Shown: positions 19,014 to 29,225 of the stretch, piece by piece
Numbering within the stretch: position 1 is the first letter of the stretch
Layout: the number at the start of each line of letters is the position of its first letter
Origin: Thermodesulfobacteriota bacterium
GTDB taxonomy: Bacteria > Desulfobacterota > Syntrophorhabdia > Syntrophorhabdales > JANXAF01
Length of the DNA: 64,000 nt
Reading direction: 5' to 3'
Assembly: GCA_025062045.1 (NCBI GenBank)
Contig: JANXAF010000001.1
Location: 141,256-205,255, forward strand
Notes under the pieces: model-generated
What the model was told of the DNA's origin: nothing
What the model saw: the letters and a program-made list of their open reading frames with translations, nothing else
Databases searched by the model: none
Position numbers and translations under genes: made by a program

Positions 19014-21602
19014 ATGAACTGGGATAAACTGACGATCAAAGCACAAGAGGCCATAAGTTCCGCCCAGAGAAAGGCGGAGTCTTTAAACCATCAGATGATC
19101 GAAAACGAGCACCTTCTCTACTCCTTGATCACACAGAAAGATGGGATAGTAAAGCCGCTCCTAGAGAGGCTCGGAGCGAATCTCAATGTGATACTTAATG
19201 AGTTAGAGAGGGAGCTCGCAAAGATACCTTCCGTTGAAGGACCGGTGCAGATCTATATATCCCCAAGTCTAAAACACGCCTTAAGTTATGCCTTCGATGA
19301 GGCGGAAAGGCTAAAAGACGAGTATGTGAGCACAGAACACCTCTTAATCGGGATTACCGAGTCAAAAGAAAGCCCATCCCATAGGATACTCAAAAGCTTA
19401 GGCGTAACTAAAGAATCTATATACTCGGTCCTCAAAGAGATAAGGGGGAGCCAAAGGGTCGTCGACCAATCTCCAGAAGATAAGTACAGAGCTTTAGAAA
19501 GGTACTGTAGAGACTTAACGGAAGAGGCAAGGAAAGGAAAACTCGATCCTGTAATCGGCAGAGACGAAGAGATAAGGAGGGTCATGCAGGTCCTATCCAG
19601 AAGAACGAAGAACAATCCCGTGCTAATTGGAGAACCCGGAGTTGGAAAGACTGCCATAGTTGAGGGTCTGGCACAAAGAATAGTGAAGGGGGATGTACCT
19701 GAAACGCTAAGAAACAAGAAGGTTTTAGCTTTGGATATGGGTGCACTACTTGCGGGTGCCAAGTACAGGGGGGAGTTTGAGGATAGACTTAAGGCGGTTC
19801 TCAAAGAGATAGAGGATGCAGAAGGTTCCATAATCCTCTTTATAGATGAGCTACATACAATCGTCGGTGCGGGAGGTGCTCAAGGAGCCATAGACGCTTC
19901 AAATATGCTAAAACCGGCTCTCGCGAGAGGAGAACTCCGCTGTATTGGAGCCACAACACTCGATGAGTATAGAAAGTACATTGAGAAAGACGCTGCACTA
20001 GAGAGGAGATTCCAACCTGTATACGTACGGGAGCCTAATGTGGAGGAGACTATAGCGATACTTAGAGGATTAAAGGAACGTTATGAAATTCATCACGGCG
20101 TAAGAATTAAGGACTCGGCTATAATTGCGGCCGCAACCTTATCCCACAGATACATCACCGACAGGTTCTTGCCCGATAAAGCCATAGACTTAATAGATGA
20201 GGCGGCATCGAAATTGAGAATGGAAATTGATAGCGTTCCAACAGAGATAGACGAGATTGAAAGGAAGATCATGCAAATTCAGATAGAGATAGAGGCTTTA
20301 AAGAAAGAAAAGGATGAAGCATCTATAGAAAGAAGGGAGAAACTGGAAAAAGAACTCTTTGATTTAAAAAGGGATGTGGAAGAAAAAAGGAGGCACTGGG
20401 AAAAAGAAAAGGCTTTAATAACCGACATCAGGCTAATAAAGGAAAAGATAGAGAACGCGCGAATTAAGGCAGAAGAGTTCGAGAGAAAAGGTGATTTTGA
20501 GAAGGTTGCGGAGATAAGATACGGGATTATTGTGGGTCTGGAGAAAGAACTTAAGGAAAAGAACGAAGAGCTCCAAAATTTGCAGAAAAAAAGAAAGATG
20601 CTCAAAGAAGAAGTCGATGAGGAGGATATAGCGAAAGTTGTATCCAAATGGACCGGAATTCCTGTAAGCAAGATGTTGGAAGGAGAAATAGAAAAACTTG
20701 TGAAAATGGAGGAGAGACTCCATGAGAGAATAGTCGGTCAGGATGAGGCAATTCGGGCTGTCTCAGATACCATCCGGAGAGCAAGGGCCGGATTACAGGA
20801 TCCCAATAGACCTTTAGGTTCCTTTCTCTTTCTCGGTCCAACGGGGGTTGGGAAAACTGAGCTTGCAAAAGCTCTTGCGGAATTTCTATTCGACAATGAG
20901 CAGGCAATCGTGAGAATCGACATGAGTGAATACATGGAGAAACACTCCGTTGCGAGATTGATTGGAGCTCCCCCAGGCTATGTGGGATATGAAGAGGGAG
21001 GCTACTTAACAGAAGCCATAAGGAGGAGACCTTACTCCATAGTCCTCCTTGATGAAGTTGAGAAAGCCCATCCTGACGTCTTCAACGTGCTTCTTCAGGT
21101 TCTCGATGAAGGAAGACTCACCGACGGAAAGGGTAGGACCGTTGACTTTAAAAACACGGTTATAATTATGACTTCCAATATCGGAAGCCAGTGGATAAGC
21201 GAGATCGGCCCGAAAAATTACGAAGAGATGAAAAGGAGGGTCAATGAGGCCTTAAAGATCCAGTTTAAACCCGAGTTTTTAAATAGGATCGACGAGATAA
21301 TAATCTTTAGGAGTCTTACAAAAGACGACATAAAGGCTATAGTGAAATTGCAGCTTAAGGCTTTAAATAGAAGGGCCAAAGAGAGAGGGATAGAACTTAT
21401 ATTTTCTGAAAACCTAGAGAATATGCTTGCCACACACGGTTACGATCCCGCATATGGAGCAAGACCACTTAAGAGGTTGATCCAAAAGAGGATAGAGAAC
21501 GAACTTGCTCTCCAAATGTTAAAAGGGGAAATAAAGGAAGGTGATAAGGTTCTCGTAGATGTCACACCTTCACAAGAAATTGTGTTTAGGCAAGTATCTT
21601 AA
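19014..21602 (+). CDS. clpB: ATP-dependent chaperone ClpB
   Basis: Two AAA+ Walker A sites ([16 protein letters not shown]) and a long K/E coiled-coil M-domain. ATG at 19014 is preceded by GGAGGA. Confidence 0.95.
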   Translation: MNWDKLTIKAQEAISSAQRKAESLNHQMIENEHLLYSLITQKDGIVKPLLERLGANLNVILNELERELAKIPSVEGPVQIYISPSLKHALSYAFDEAERLKDEYVSTEHLLIGITESKESPSHRILKSLGVTKESIYSVLKEIRGSQRVVDQSPEDKYRALERYCRDLTEEARKGKLDPVIGRDEEIRRVMQVLSRRTKNNPVLIGEPGVGKTAIVEGLAQRIVKGDVPETLRNKKVLALDMGALLAGAKYRGEFEDRLKAVLKEIEDAEGSIILFIDELHTIVGAGGAQGAIDASNMLKPALARGELRCIGATTLDEYRKYIEKDAALERRFQPVYVREPNVEETIAILRGLKERYEIHHGVRIKDSAIIAAATLSHRYITDRFLPDKAIDLIDEAASKLRMEIDSVPTEIDEIERKIMQIQIEIEALKKEKDEASIERREKLEKELFDLKRDVEEKRRHWEKEKALITDIRLIKEKIENARIKAEEFERKGDFEKVAEIRYGIIVGLEKELKEKNEELQNLQKKRKMLKEEVDEEDIAKVVSKWTGIPVSKMLEGEIEKLVKMEERLHERIVGQDEAIRAVSDTIRRARAGLQDPNRPLGSFLFLGPTGVGKTELAKALAEFLFDNEQAIVRIDMSEYMEKHSVARLIGAPPGYVGYEEGGYLTEAIRRRPYSIVLLDEVEKAHPDVFNVLLQVLDEGRLTDGKGRTVDFKNTVIIMTSNIGSQWISEIGPKNYEEMKRRVNEALKIQFKPEFLNRIDEIIIFRSLTKDDIKAIVKLQLKALNRRAKERGIELIFSENLENMLATHGYDPAYGARPLKRLIQKRIENELALQMLKGEIKEGDKVLVDVTPSQEIVFRQVS

Positions 21603-23194
21603 CTTAGTGTGCGGAGTCCTTCGCACATAGATTTTATGTGTCTTATGACTCCTTCCAGGTTTATTAAGATGTCCACGTAGAGAGGTCCTGCCTCCCGTAG
21701 GCAGATTTTACAGTAGAATCTTTCGAGATGGTTTGAAAAAGCCTCTTTTATCTCTTTTTGTACTACTTCTGTCTTTTTCGTTAATTCCTCTATATCTTCG
21801 ATTTTGGGATCTTGGAGAAGATTTCGCGCACTTTTTAGCCCCATTAGTACCTTTTTTGAGATCGATTCAAGTTCTTTCTGGGCCGCATCCGAAAAATAGG
21901 TTTTTTTATCTCTTTTAATCTTTGCAATCTCCGAGATGTTTTGGGCATGATCGGCTATCCTCTCGATATCATGGACTATAGAAGTATAAACGAAGAGTCT
22001 CCTCGATTGATATTCTGTCATCTCAAAACATGAAATCTGCCAAAGGTATTTCAATATCTCTGTTTGCAGATTGTCCACGATGAGTTCCACGTAATTTATC
22101 CCACGCTCCAAAGACTTTTTGAACCCATATAGAAGCTTGAGACCGTCTTCTACCATGCTTTCTGCAAGCTCCGTCATTCTTAATAACTCTTTTTTCACGC
22201 AAAGAAGTGCCTCATCTGGGCTTCCAAGACAACTCTTTTCAAGATACTCGGGAAAGATGGAGAGAACCCTCCCTCTTTTCGGAATCAACTTTTCAAGGCC
22301 ATGTACGAGTGAGTCGATAAAGGGGTAAAAGACTATTGCAACTAAGAGATTGAAAAGAATATGGCTTAGAGCTATCTTCTGTGGAAGTTCAAAGGGAATA
22401 GACCTCAAAAGATCGTAAAAATGAGAACTAAAAATAGAAACCAAAAGAATACCGGTTCCCTTAAACAAAAACTGGCCCAAAGCCACTTTTTTACCTTCCG
22501 GACCTCCAGAGAGACTTCCAATTAATGGCGTCCCCACCACTCCCAAATTAGCCCCAAGCACGCAAAAGATTGCAGATTCTAGAACTATCATTTCCTTCTG
22601 AGCCATAATTATGACCATAGTTATAGGAACAGCCGAGGACTGGGCAAAAAAGGCAAATAAAAAGCTAACGAAGAATGCCGTAAATCTGTGTCTTTCACTG
22701 ATAACAGTATTCGAAAATATTGGGCTTTCCCTCAAAAGCTCAGAACCCATCGAAACCGTAAGAATTCCGAAAAGGAGAAGTCCAAAATAAAAGAGTCCTT
22801 CCCCTATTCTTCTCAATCTTTCATTCTCAAAAACGAAAAGTACAAAACCAGTAAGAAGGATTAAGGGGGATAACTTGGGTATTCTCCAGACGACAAGCTG
22901 GGCTGTGATTGTGCTACCGATGTCCGCGCCTAAAATCATGGGTAAAGCTCCTTTCACACTTAAAAGACCCGCGTTAACCAGGCTTAGTGCGACAAACGTC
23001 GCAGCCCCGCTACTTTGAAAGAGAATTGTAACGCAAAGACCAAAAATAAGCCCGTTTAACTTTTTTTGTACGGAAAATCTTATGTACTCCTTTATCCTAC
23101 TCCCGATCGCAAGCTGGAGTAGCCTACTTAGCATCGAAAGACCAAAAAGGAAGAGTGCCACTCCTCCAAAAAATAGACCAAAAGTGTAAAGCAT
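21599..23194 (-). CDS. Na/Pi cotransporter family protein with C-terminal PhoU-like domain
   Basis: 531 aa. N-terminal polytopic NptA-like half ([13 protein letters not shown]) plus a soluble helical C-terminal half. Confidence 0.8.
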   Translation of the reverse strand: MLYTFGLFFGGVALFLFGLSMLSRLLQLAIGSRIKEYIRFSVQKKLNGLIFGLCVTILFQSSGAATFVALSLVNAGLLSVKGALPMILGADIGSTITAQLVVWRIPKLSPLILLTGFVLFVFENERLRRIGEGLFYFGLLLFGILTVSMGSELLRESPIFSNTVISERHRFTAFFVSFLFAFFAQSSAVPITMVIIMAQKEMIVLESAIFCVLGANLGVVGTPLIGSLSGGPEGKKVALGQFLFKGTGILLVSIFSSHFYDLLRSIPFELPQKIALSHILFNLLVAIVFYPFIDSLVHGLEKLIPKRGRVLSIFPEYLEKSCLGSPDEALLCVKKELLRMTELAESMVEDGLKLLYGFKKSLERGINYVELIVDNLQTEILKYLWQISCFEMTEYQSRRLFVYTSIVHDIERIADHAQNISEIAKIKRDKKTYFSDAAQKELESISKKVLMGLKSARNLLQDPKIEDIEELTKKTEVVQKEIKEAFSNHLERFYCKICLREAGPLYVDILINLEGVIRHIKSMCEGLRTLS

Positions 23195-23209
23195 AATGTT
23201 TCAAACTAA

Positions 23210-23539
23210 CTATGAGACTTTAGTTCCAGGGGGTACCTCTCTATCAACCGTCAAAATAGAGACAATACTCTTTTCTTCATCTAAAGCCGCAAGGAGCATC
23301 CCTTCCGAAAGGACACCCCGAAGCCTTTTAGGCTCTAAGTTTTTGAGTACAACAATCGTCTTTCCAATTAGCTCCTCTTTCTTATAGTATGGCTTTATAC
23401 CAGCCACAATCACTCTTTCCTCTCCAATATCTACCGTTATCTTATAGAGTCTATCCGATCCCTTTATTTCTTCGCACATAACTATCTTTCCCACTCTCAG
23501 ATCGAGTCTTTTGAATTCATCGAAGCTCACGTAGTCCAT
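23210..23539 (-). CDS. tRNA-binding domain protein (CsaA / MetRS-C-terminal-like)
   Basis: FKRLDLRVGKIV...DRLYKITVDIGEE...VAGIK OB-fold signature, 109 aa. Confidence 0.85.
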   Translation of the reverse strand: MDYVSFDEFKRLDLRVGKIVMCEEIKGSDRLYKITVDIGEERVIVAGIKPYYKKEELIGKTIVVLKNLEPKRLRGVLSEGMLLAALDEEKSIVSILTVDREVPPGTKVS

Positions 23540-23613
23540 AACTCCTCCTTCTTAAGGGTCTTTGAAAAAGTATAATTACAACTTTTATCCCGTTTTTTTA
23601 AAGAAAATTTCTT

Positions 23614-23643
23614 TTGACAATCGGACCGACCGTTCACTATATT
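23614..23643 (+). promoter_or_regulatory. sigma-70-type promoter of the corrinoid methyltransfer operon
   Basis: TTGACA (23614..23619), 18 nt spacer, TATATT (23638..23643). It lies about 30 nt upstream of AAAGGAGGA and the ATG at 23676. Confidence 0.5.
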
Positions 23644-23675
23644 TAAGGTCCGTAAACCTAAAAAGGAGGATACGG

Positions 23676-24305
23676 ATGAATGAGGATCTTGTAAGAAAGA
23701 TGGCAGACCTTATGGAAGATGAGGTTTTAGAGATAGTAAAAACGGAGATAGATAAGGGGACAGACCCTTTTTTAATCTTAGATTCGGCAAGAGCTGCGAT
23801 GGAGATAGTTGGAGCGAGGTTCGAAAGGGGTGAGTACTTTCTTCCGGATCTCATTATGGCAGGTGAGATACTAAGAGCAGTTTCAGAGCTCGTAAAGCCT
23901 CACATAAAGTATGAAAAAGGTAAGGAAAAACTTGGAAAGGTAGTTATAGGGACGGTGGAAGGTGACATTCATGACATAGGAAAAGACATAGTCGTTTTTA
24001 TGCTAGATGTTAACGGTTACGAGGTTTACGATTTAGGAGTCGATGTTCCACCATCTGTCTTCGTAGAAAAGATAAAAGAAGTAAAACCCCAAGTTGTGGG
24101 ACTTAGCGGCTTTCTGACCCTTGCCTTCGACTCCATGAAAAGAACGGTTGAGGAGATAAAGAAACATGGATTAAGGGAGAGCGTAAAAATAATGATAGGT
24201 GGCGGACAGATAGACGAGAAGGTGAAAGAATACGTGGGTGCTGATGCATATGGAAAGGATGCTGTCGCTGCTGTTACTCTCTGTAGAAAATGGATAGGAG
24301 GGTAA
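23676..24305 (+). CDS. cobalamin-binding corrinoid protein (MtaC/MtbC-like)
   Basis: N-terminal helical cap plus Rossmann B12 domain with DxHxxG (GDIHDIGK). ATG at 23676 has a strong SD. Confidence 0.9.
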   Translation: MNEDLVRKMADLMEDEVLEIVKTEIDKGTDPFLILDSARAAMEIVGARFERGEYFLPDLIMAGEILRAVSELVKPHIKYEKGKEKLGKVVIGTVEGDIHDIGKDIVVFMLDVNGYEVYDLGVDVPPSVFVEKIKEVKPQVVGLSGFLTLAFDSMKRTVEEIKKHGLRESVKIMIGGGQIDEKVKEYVGADAYGKDAVAAVTLCRKWIGG

Positions 24306-24306
24306 A

Positions 24307-25155
24307 GTGCAAACAAAAGTATTAAGCCCAAAAGGAAAGGAAGTTAAAATAGGGGACCTAAATCCGACAGCCATAATAGGAGAAAGAATTAACCCTTTTG
24401 GAAAATCGCAAATTAAGGAGGCGTTAGAGAAAAAAGACATAACCCCCATTTTAAAAATAGCCGAAGAGCAGATATCGGATGGTGCGGACATCCTAAATAT
24501 AAATGTTGGAGCCTTTGGGATAGACGAAAGAGAACTATTACCTTTTGTAGTGGAAAAGATAGTCGAAAGATTCGATGTTCCCCTCTGTTTAGAAAGTAGA
24601 AACAAAGAGGCTTTGAAAAGAACTTTAGAGCTTGGGCTTGGAAAACCGATAATAAATTCCGTACCTGGTGAAACTTCCGTCATTGAGTCCGTTTTCCCTC
24701 TTGTCAAAGAGTATAAAACTGCAGTTGTCATAATCGCTTCTGATGGAAGGGGTATACCAAAAGAGCCAGAACGGAGATTAGAAATAGTGGGGTCTATTCT
24801 TGAAGAAGCACAAAAATATGGGATCGACAAAGAGGATATAATAGTTGACTCCATAGTGGAATCCGTAGCTTTGAGTACGACTGCAGCTCATAATACTTTA
24901 AAAACAATGGCGGATGTAAGGTCCAGATGGGGACTAAATTTGATTCTCGGAGCGAGTAACATCTCTTTTGGGCTTCCCATGAGAAATTTCATCAATATAG
25001 TATTTCTTTCGGCTGCTGTTCTTTTTGGTTTAAGCTGCGTTATCACCAATCCAAAAATACTCAAACCATACATAATGGCGGCTGATCTAATCGCTGGGAA
25101 GGATCATCTTGCGCGCAGGTACACTGCCTACATGAAAGGCTTAAAAACGAAGTAG
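24307..25155 (+). CDS. pterin-binding methyltransferase (methyl-H4folate:corrinoid, MeTr/MtrH-like)
   Basis: GTG start 1 nt after the upstream TAA. DHPS-like TIM barrel features (IIGERINP, ADILNINVG, LGASNISFGLP). Confidence 0.8.
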   Translation: MQTKVLSPKGKEVKIGDLNPTAIIGERINPFGKSQIKEALEKKDITPILKIAEEQISDGADILNINVGAFGIDERELLPFVVEKIVERFDVPLCLESRNKEALKRTLELGLGKPIINSVPGETSVIESVFPLVKEYKTAVVIIASDGRGIPKEPERRLEIVGSILEEAQKYGIDKEDIIVDSIVESVALSTTAAHNTLKTMADVRSRWGLNLILGASNISFGLPMRNFINIVFLSAAVLFGLSCVITNPKILKPYIMAADLIAGKDHLARRYTAYMKGLKTK

Positions 25156-26019
25156 ATGACGGAGAAAAAGGAGCTTGTAAGGAAGGCTCTTAGCTTTTCT
25201 TGCGAGCCCCTTCCTCGGCTTCCAAAAGGAGAACTCTTTATATTCGATGAATTTCTGGATAGTTTCGTCCCTGAAAAGCTAGGACTTGGAGAAAGAATTG
25301 CAAGACTTTCATGGAATCTGGGACTCGATCTCGTCCCTTTTTCATATGACCGATTGGACTCTTTGGATACGACCGACCTAAAGATCCTTTCAGAATTTTT
25401 TTTAGTTCTTAACATACCTGGTCCATTCTCGTATTCTGTTTCGCAAAAAGGTTATCTTGAGACTTTAAAGATCCTCGGTAGGGATCCTAAAAGGTTTTTA
25501 CTTCTGGTTGAAGAACATCTCTTTAGGGTTTTGAGCGATCTACCAAAAATAAAAGAGAAAGGTTTCGACGGAATTTCAATAGTCGATGATATAGCCGGAA
25601 CTTCAGGTCTTTTATTCTCTTTTAGAATTTTCGATTCCATGATTAAACCTTTTCTTGAGAAAGTAACCATGTGTGCCAAATCCGAGGGGCTTTACGTTTT
25701 TTTCCACTCTGATGGATACGTAGAAGAAATCCTTCCTTTCTTGGTGGAGCTTAAAATCGATTGTCTTTCCACTTGGGACCAGCAGGCCCACATGGACATA
25801 TACGCCCATAAGGATAGGTTTTTTGGAAATGTCTCTTTCATGGGAACAATTGACCTTCTAAGTTGGGACGAAAAAAAGATAATTGAGGAGATAAAACGTG
25901 AGGAAGCCGAATTTTCTTCTGGTGGATTGATCCTCGGTTCTTCTTTAGGTCTCTCAAAGGAGATACCAATCGGGAAACTCTCTCTCCTTTATCCAAAGAT
26001 TAAACATCACATAAGATGA
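25156..26019 (+). CDS. uroporphyrinogen-decarboxylase (URO-D/MtaA)-like protein
   Basis: 287 aa. ATG directly abuts the upstream TAG. URO-D-like C-terminal half, but FFHSDG sits where MtaA-type enzymes carry H-x-C-G. Confidence 0.55.
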   Translation: MTEKKELVRKALSFSCEPLPRLPKGELFIFDEFLDSFVPEKLGLGERIARLSWNLGLDLVPFSYDRLDSLDTTDLKILSEFFLVLNIPGPFSYSVSQKGYLETLKILGRDPKRFLLLVEEHLFRVLSDLPKIKEKGFDGISIVDDIAGTSGLLFSFRIFDSMIKPFLEKVTMCAKSEGLYVFFHSDGYVEEILPFLVELKIDCLSTWDQQAHMDIYAHKDRFFGNVSFMGTIDLLSWDEKKIIEEIKREEAEFSSGGLILGSSLGLSKEIPIGKLSLLYPKIKHHIR

Positions 26020-27866
26020 GTAGAATTACGATCACAATCTATCCCTGGGGTAGAAAGATCAGGGCCCGAAAAGGAGAGAATCTTTTGGATATCCTACGAA
26101 GGGCAAATATATACATAGAATCCTACTGCGGAGGCGCAGGAACTTGTGGAAAATGTAAAGTGAGAGTTCTCAATGGGGATTCTCTTTCAGAAGTAACAGA
26201 AGAGGAAAGAAGACTTTTGGGAAACGACGAACTAAGATCCGGCCAAAGACTCTCATGTAAAGCAAAAGTATTTAGTGACATGGCTTTGTACGTCCCTTAT
26301 GAATTTGTCAATCACTATCCCTACACAAAGAAGGAAAAGTTCAATATCAAATCTAACCTAATTCCGGCGGTCAAATCTTTTAGACTTAAACTTTCTCCTC
26401 CGACTATCGACGACCCGAAATCGGACATGGAAAGGATATGTGAGTCTTTAAGTTCACTTTACGGAGTCCGAGTCTCGAGGGTTGACCCAATTTGTCTAGT
26501 TGATGCCCCAGTTGTTATACGAAAGTACAACTGGGATGTCGAAATCTGCGTGTGGATGGAAGAAGAGATAATAGCTGTAAGACCACCTTTCGGGAAAGGT
26601 CTTTATGGACTTGCCATAGATATCGGAACGACTCAGCTTGGTATGTATATTGTAGATCTAAAATGTGGCGAGATAGTAAGTTCTGGTTCAATTCTAAATC
26701 CACAGGTAAGATTTGGAGAGGATCTGATAACGAGACTAAATTACATCGTGAAGAAGGGAAAGAAGGGGCTTTTTGAGATGAACCGGGTTCTTGTAGAAGG
26801 CCTAAATGGCCTTATAGATCGGCTCGTAAAAGAAGCAAATATATCAAGAAGTGAAATCATGGATGTTGTGGCAGTGGGAAATACGCTTATGCACCACGTA
26901 TTTTTCAAAATAAATCCTCAGTCGCTAGCCATATCTCCTTTCGTACCCCATATTTGCTTCCCCTTCAATATTAAGGCCAGAGAGCTAGATCTCCAAGTTG
27001 CAGATACTGCTTACGTTCATTCTGTTCCTCTAAAAGCCGGATTTGTGGGGTCTGACACAATATCCTCTATCACCGCCGTGCTACCAGATCTTAAAGATAA
27101 ACCCAAGCTCATAATAGATATAGGCACAAACGGGGAGATTGTTTACGGAACGGAAGAGAGACTACTTTGTGCGTCCTGCGCAACAGGCCCAGCCTTCGAA
27201 GGCGGTAACATATCGCATGGAATGAGAGCGAGATTAGGAGCGATAGAGAAGGTAAAAATAGAAAGAGATACCCTGAATGTCACATATGGTGTTATCGGTG
27301 GCTGTAAACCCGAGGGTATATGCGGTTCAGGGATCATAGATGCGGTCTCCCAACTTTTCCAAGCAGGGCTTCTCGATAGATCAGGTAGATTCATAGAAGA
27401 AAGGCCCTGCGAAAGGTTAAGGAAAAAAGGCGAGTTTTTGGAATTCGTAATAGCATGGGGATACGAAACCAAAGACGGGAAAGACATAACCATCACCCAA
27501 AAAGACATAAGGAATGTACAGCTTGCGAAGGCAGCTCTTTACGCAGGAGCAAAAATCCTTATTGAGAGGTTTGGAGGTGGAAAACCTGAAAAAGTCTTTG
27601 TTGCTGGCTCATTTGGAACCCATATCGATCTTTTGAACGCGTACTTACTTGGCATGTTCCCTATTGTGGGGTTGGACGATATCATTCCTAAAGGAAATCT
27701 TGCAGGATTTGGGGCTCTAGTTGCCCTCCTTGACCGGTCGATGAGAAATGAGGCGGAAAAGTTCGCAAAAAAGGTAAAGTACGTTGAACTTTCCGCCTCG
27801 AGTGATTTTCGGAGAGAATTTTTCGACGCTTTGTACATACCCCATGCGAAGGACACCTTTTTATGA
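26016..27866 (+). CDS. ATP-dependent reductive activator of corrinoid enzymes (RACE/RACo-like)
   Basis: N-terminal plant-type [2Fe-2S] motif CGGAGTCGKC...C plus a large ASKHA-type ATPase body (DIGTT, DIGTNGE). ATGA overlap with the upstream gene. Confidence 0.85.
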   Translation: MSRITITIYPWGRKIRARKGENLLDILRRANIYIESYCGGAGTCGKCKVRVLNGDSLSEVTEEERRLLGNDELRSGQRLSCKAKVFSDMALYVPYEFVNHYPYTKKEKFNIKSNLIPAVKSFRLKLSPPTIDDPKSDMERICESLSSLYGVRVSRVDPICLVDAPVVIRKYNWDVEICVWMEEEIIAVRPPFGKGLYGLAIDIGTTQLGMYIVDLKCGEIVSSGSILNPQVRFGEDLITRLNYIVKKGKKGLFEMNRVLVEGLNGLIDRLVKEANISRSEIMDVVAVGNTLMHHVFFKINPQSLAISPFVPHICFPFNIKARELDLQVADTAYVHSVPLKAGFVGSDTISSITAVLPDLKDKPKLIIDIGTNGEIVYGTEERLLCASCATGPAFEGGNISHGMRARLGAIEKVKIERDTLNVTYGVIGGCKPEGICGSGIIDAVSQLFQAGLLDRSGRFIEERPCERLRKKGEFLEFVIAWGYETKDGKDITITQKDIRNVQLAKAALYAGAKILIERFGGGKPEKVFVAGSFGTHIDLLNAYLLGMFPIVGLDDIIPKGNLAGFGALVALLDRSMRNEAEKFAKKVKYVELSASSDFRREFFDALYIPHAKDTFL

Positions 27867-29198
27867 GAGCCTTCCGTATTCCTTTGCGGCCTCGATCATC
27901 GCTCTGATATTTTCTGGTTTTCCCTCGTCAAGGGAAGTTCCGCTTGTAAGAACAAACCCCCCATCCCTGCCTACCTTCTCGATAAGATCTTTACAGTAAG
28001 ATTTGATCTCTTCTGGAGTCCCAGTTAAAAGGAGACCTGCTGGAATATTGCCTCCTATGCATACCCGATCTTTGAGCACTTTTTTGGCCTTTTCCATGTC
28101 AGTTCTGTCGAAATGGCAGAAACAAGACTTCTCCGGAAGTTCCTTTAAATAGTCGAGTCTCGTGTTATACGCACCTTCTACGAAGAGGTAAGGCACGCAC
28201 CCTTCCTTTACAAGTCCATAAACCGTCTCAAGGAGTGAAGGCCAGTAGAATTTGCGGAACTGCTCATCGGACATAAATCCGTCAGCTCCTTTGTGGAGGG
28301 GAATGAATACAAAAGGAACACCACTCTGATTGACACCCCGAACACCCTGGTTTATGGCAAGAGGGGTGAGCCTCTCTACGGCCTTTAAGATCAATTCCGG
28401 TCTCCTGTAGAGGTCTATCATTATCTTTCTCGTACCCCTTAGAGTGTCACCGAGTATATCGAACGGAGCCTTCGTTGTTCCTCCCACAATCGGCGGATAC
28501 CCCATGCTTACAATCTCCATCCCACAAAGTCTCATCTTCTGGATCCACTCGAGAGCCAGTTTTCCAGCCTCAATGAGCCTATTTAGTCCGTCCGCAACTA
28601 GCGGATTGGAAAAGGGTACGAAATGGGGAGAAACGATCACTATCTCCCATAAATCTGTAAATGGAGGGATGTCCTTTAGGCCATCGAAAGCTCCAAACAT
28701 TCTCGGAAGCAGCTTTCTTAACCAGAAATCCGTAGGGTCATCGATTAGGTCCTTGTACTCATCATCCCGCATGTACTCCGCTTCCACATACTGGTAACCC
28801 ACCTCTTTGGATACACCCCTTCCCGGCCATCTGTACTGTTTGTAATCGAGTGCTTCAAGAACCCTCCCGGAACCTATAGATAGGGGAGTTAGGGCGTAGT
28901 CCGGTTTGTATTCCTCATGGAATTTTATGTGGGCATCCACGATCTTTTCGTAATCGTACATGGCTTCATAAGGGGTAAGCCTGTAAAGGGAGGCTACAAG
29001 AAAGGTTCCTCTGACAAGCACAGGCACTCTATCGGGGATCTTTTCCATCGTTAAACAGTCGATAAATCTTTGGCAGGAAGCCCTATACATCTCTTCCGCC
29101 TCTTCGTTTTTGAATTTCACGTTATCAGCCCTCTGCCATCTCTTCAATCTTTCTGAGAGCTTTTCTTGCCAAGACATGGATGACAAGTTTTTCTCCAT
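27861..29198 (-). CDS. URO-D family protein (putative substrate:corrinoid methyltransferase)
   Basis: 445 aa with URO-D/MtaA-like TIM-barrel sequence. Convergent with the activator gene, overlapping it by 6 nt. Confidence 0.65.
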   Translation of the reverse strand: MEKNLSSMSWQEKLSERLKRWQRADNVKFKNEEAEEMYRASCQRFIDCLTMEKIPDRVPVLVRGTFLVASLYRLTPYEAMYDYEKIVDAHIKFHEEYKPDYALTPLSIGSGRVLEALDYKQYRWPGRGVSKEVGYQYVEAEYMRDDEYKDLIDDPTDFWLRKLLPRMFGAFDGLKDIPPFTDLWEIVIVSPHFVPFSNPLVADGLNRLIEAGKLALEWIQKMRLCGMEIVSMGYPPIVGGTTKAPFDILGDTLRGTRKIMIDLYRRPELILKAVERLTPLAINQGVRGVNQSGVPFVFIPLHKGADGFMSDEQFRKFYWPSLLETVYGLVKEGCVPYLFVEGAYNTRLDYLKELPEKSCFCHFDRTDMEKAKKVLKDRVCIGGNIPAGLLLTGTPEEIKSYCKDLIEKVGRDGGFVLTSGTSLDEGKPENIRAMIEAAKEYGRLS

Positions 29199-29225
29199 AG
29201 TTCACCTCTCTATTTGATCCGTTTT

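Noticed and set aside
20279-20907. Cluster of 96-130-aa ORFs antisense to the clpB M-domain.
   Set aside because: They arise from the repetitive GAA/AAG-rich coiled-coil coding region. They are not independent genes or DNA repeats with their own function.
23540-23675. Possible cobalamin riboswitch upstream of the corrinoid-protein operon.
   Set aside because: - The spacer is only about 135 nt and holds a promoter about 30 nt from the SD.
- It has no B12-box-like sequence and no extended GC-rich pairing.
24171-24854. 227-aa ORF antisense to the corrinoid protein and methyltransferase genes.
   Set aside because: - It is a shadow frame of confidently assigned plus-strand genes.
- It is Ser/Phe/Ile-rich and low-complexity, with no SD and no recognisable motif.
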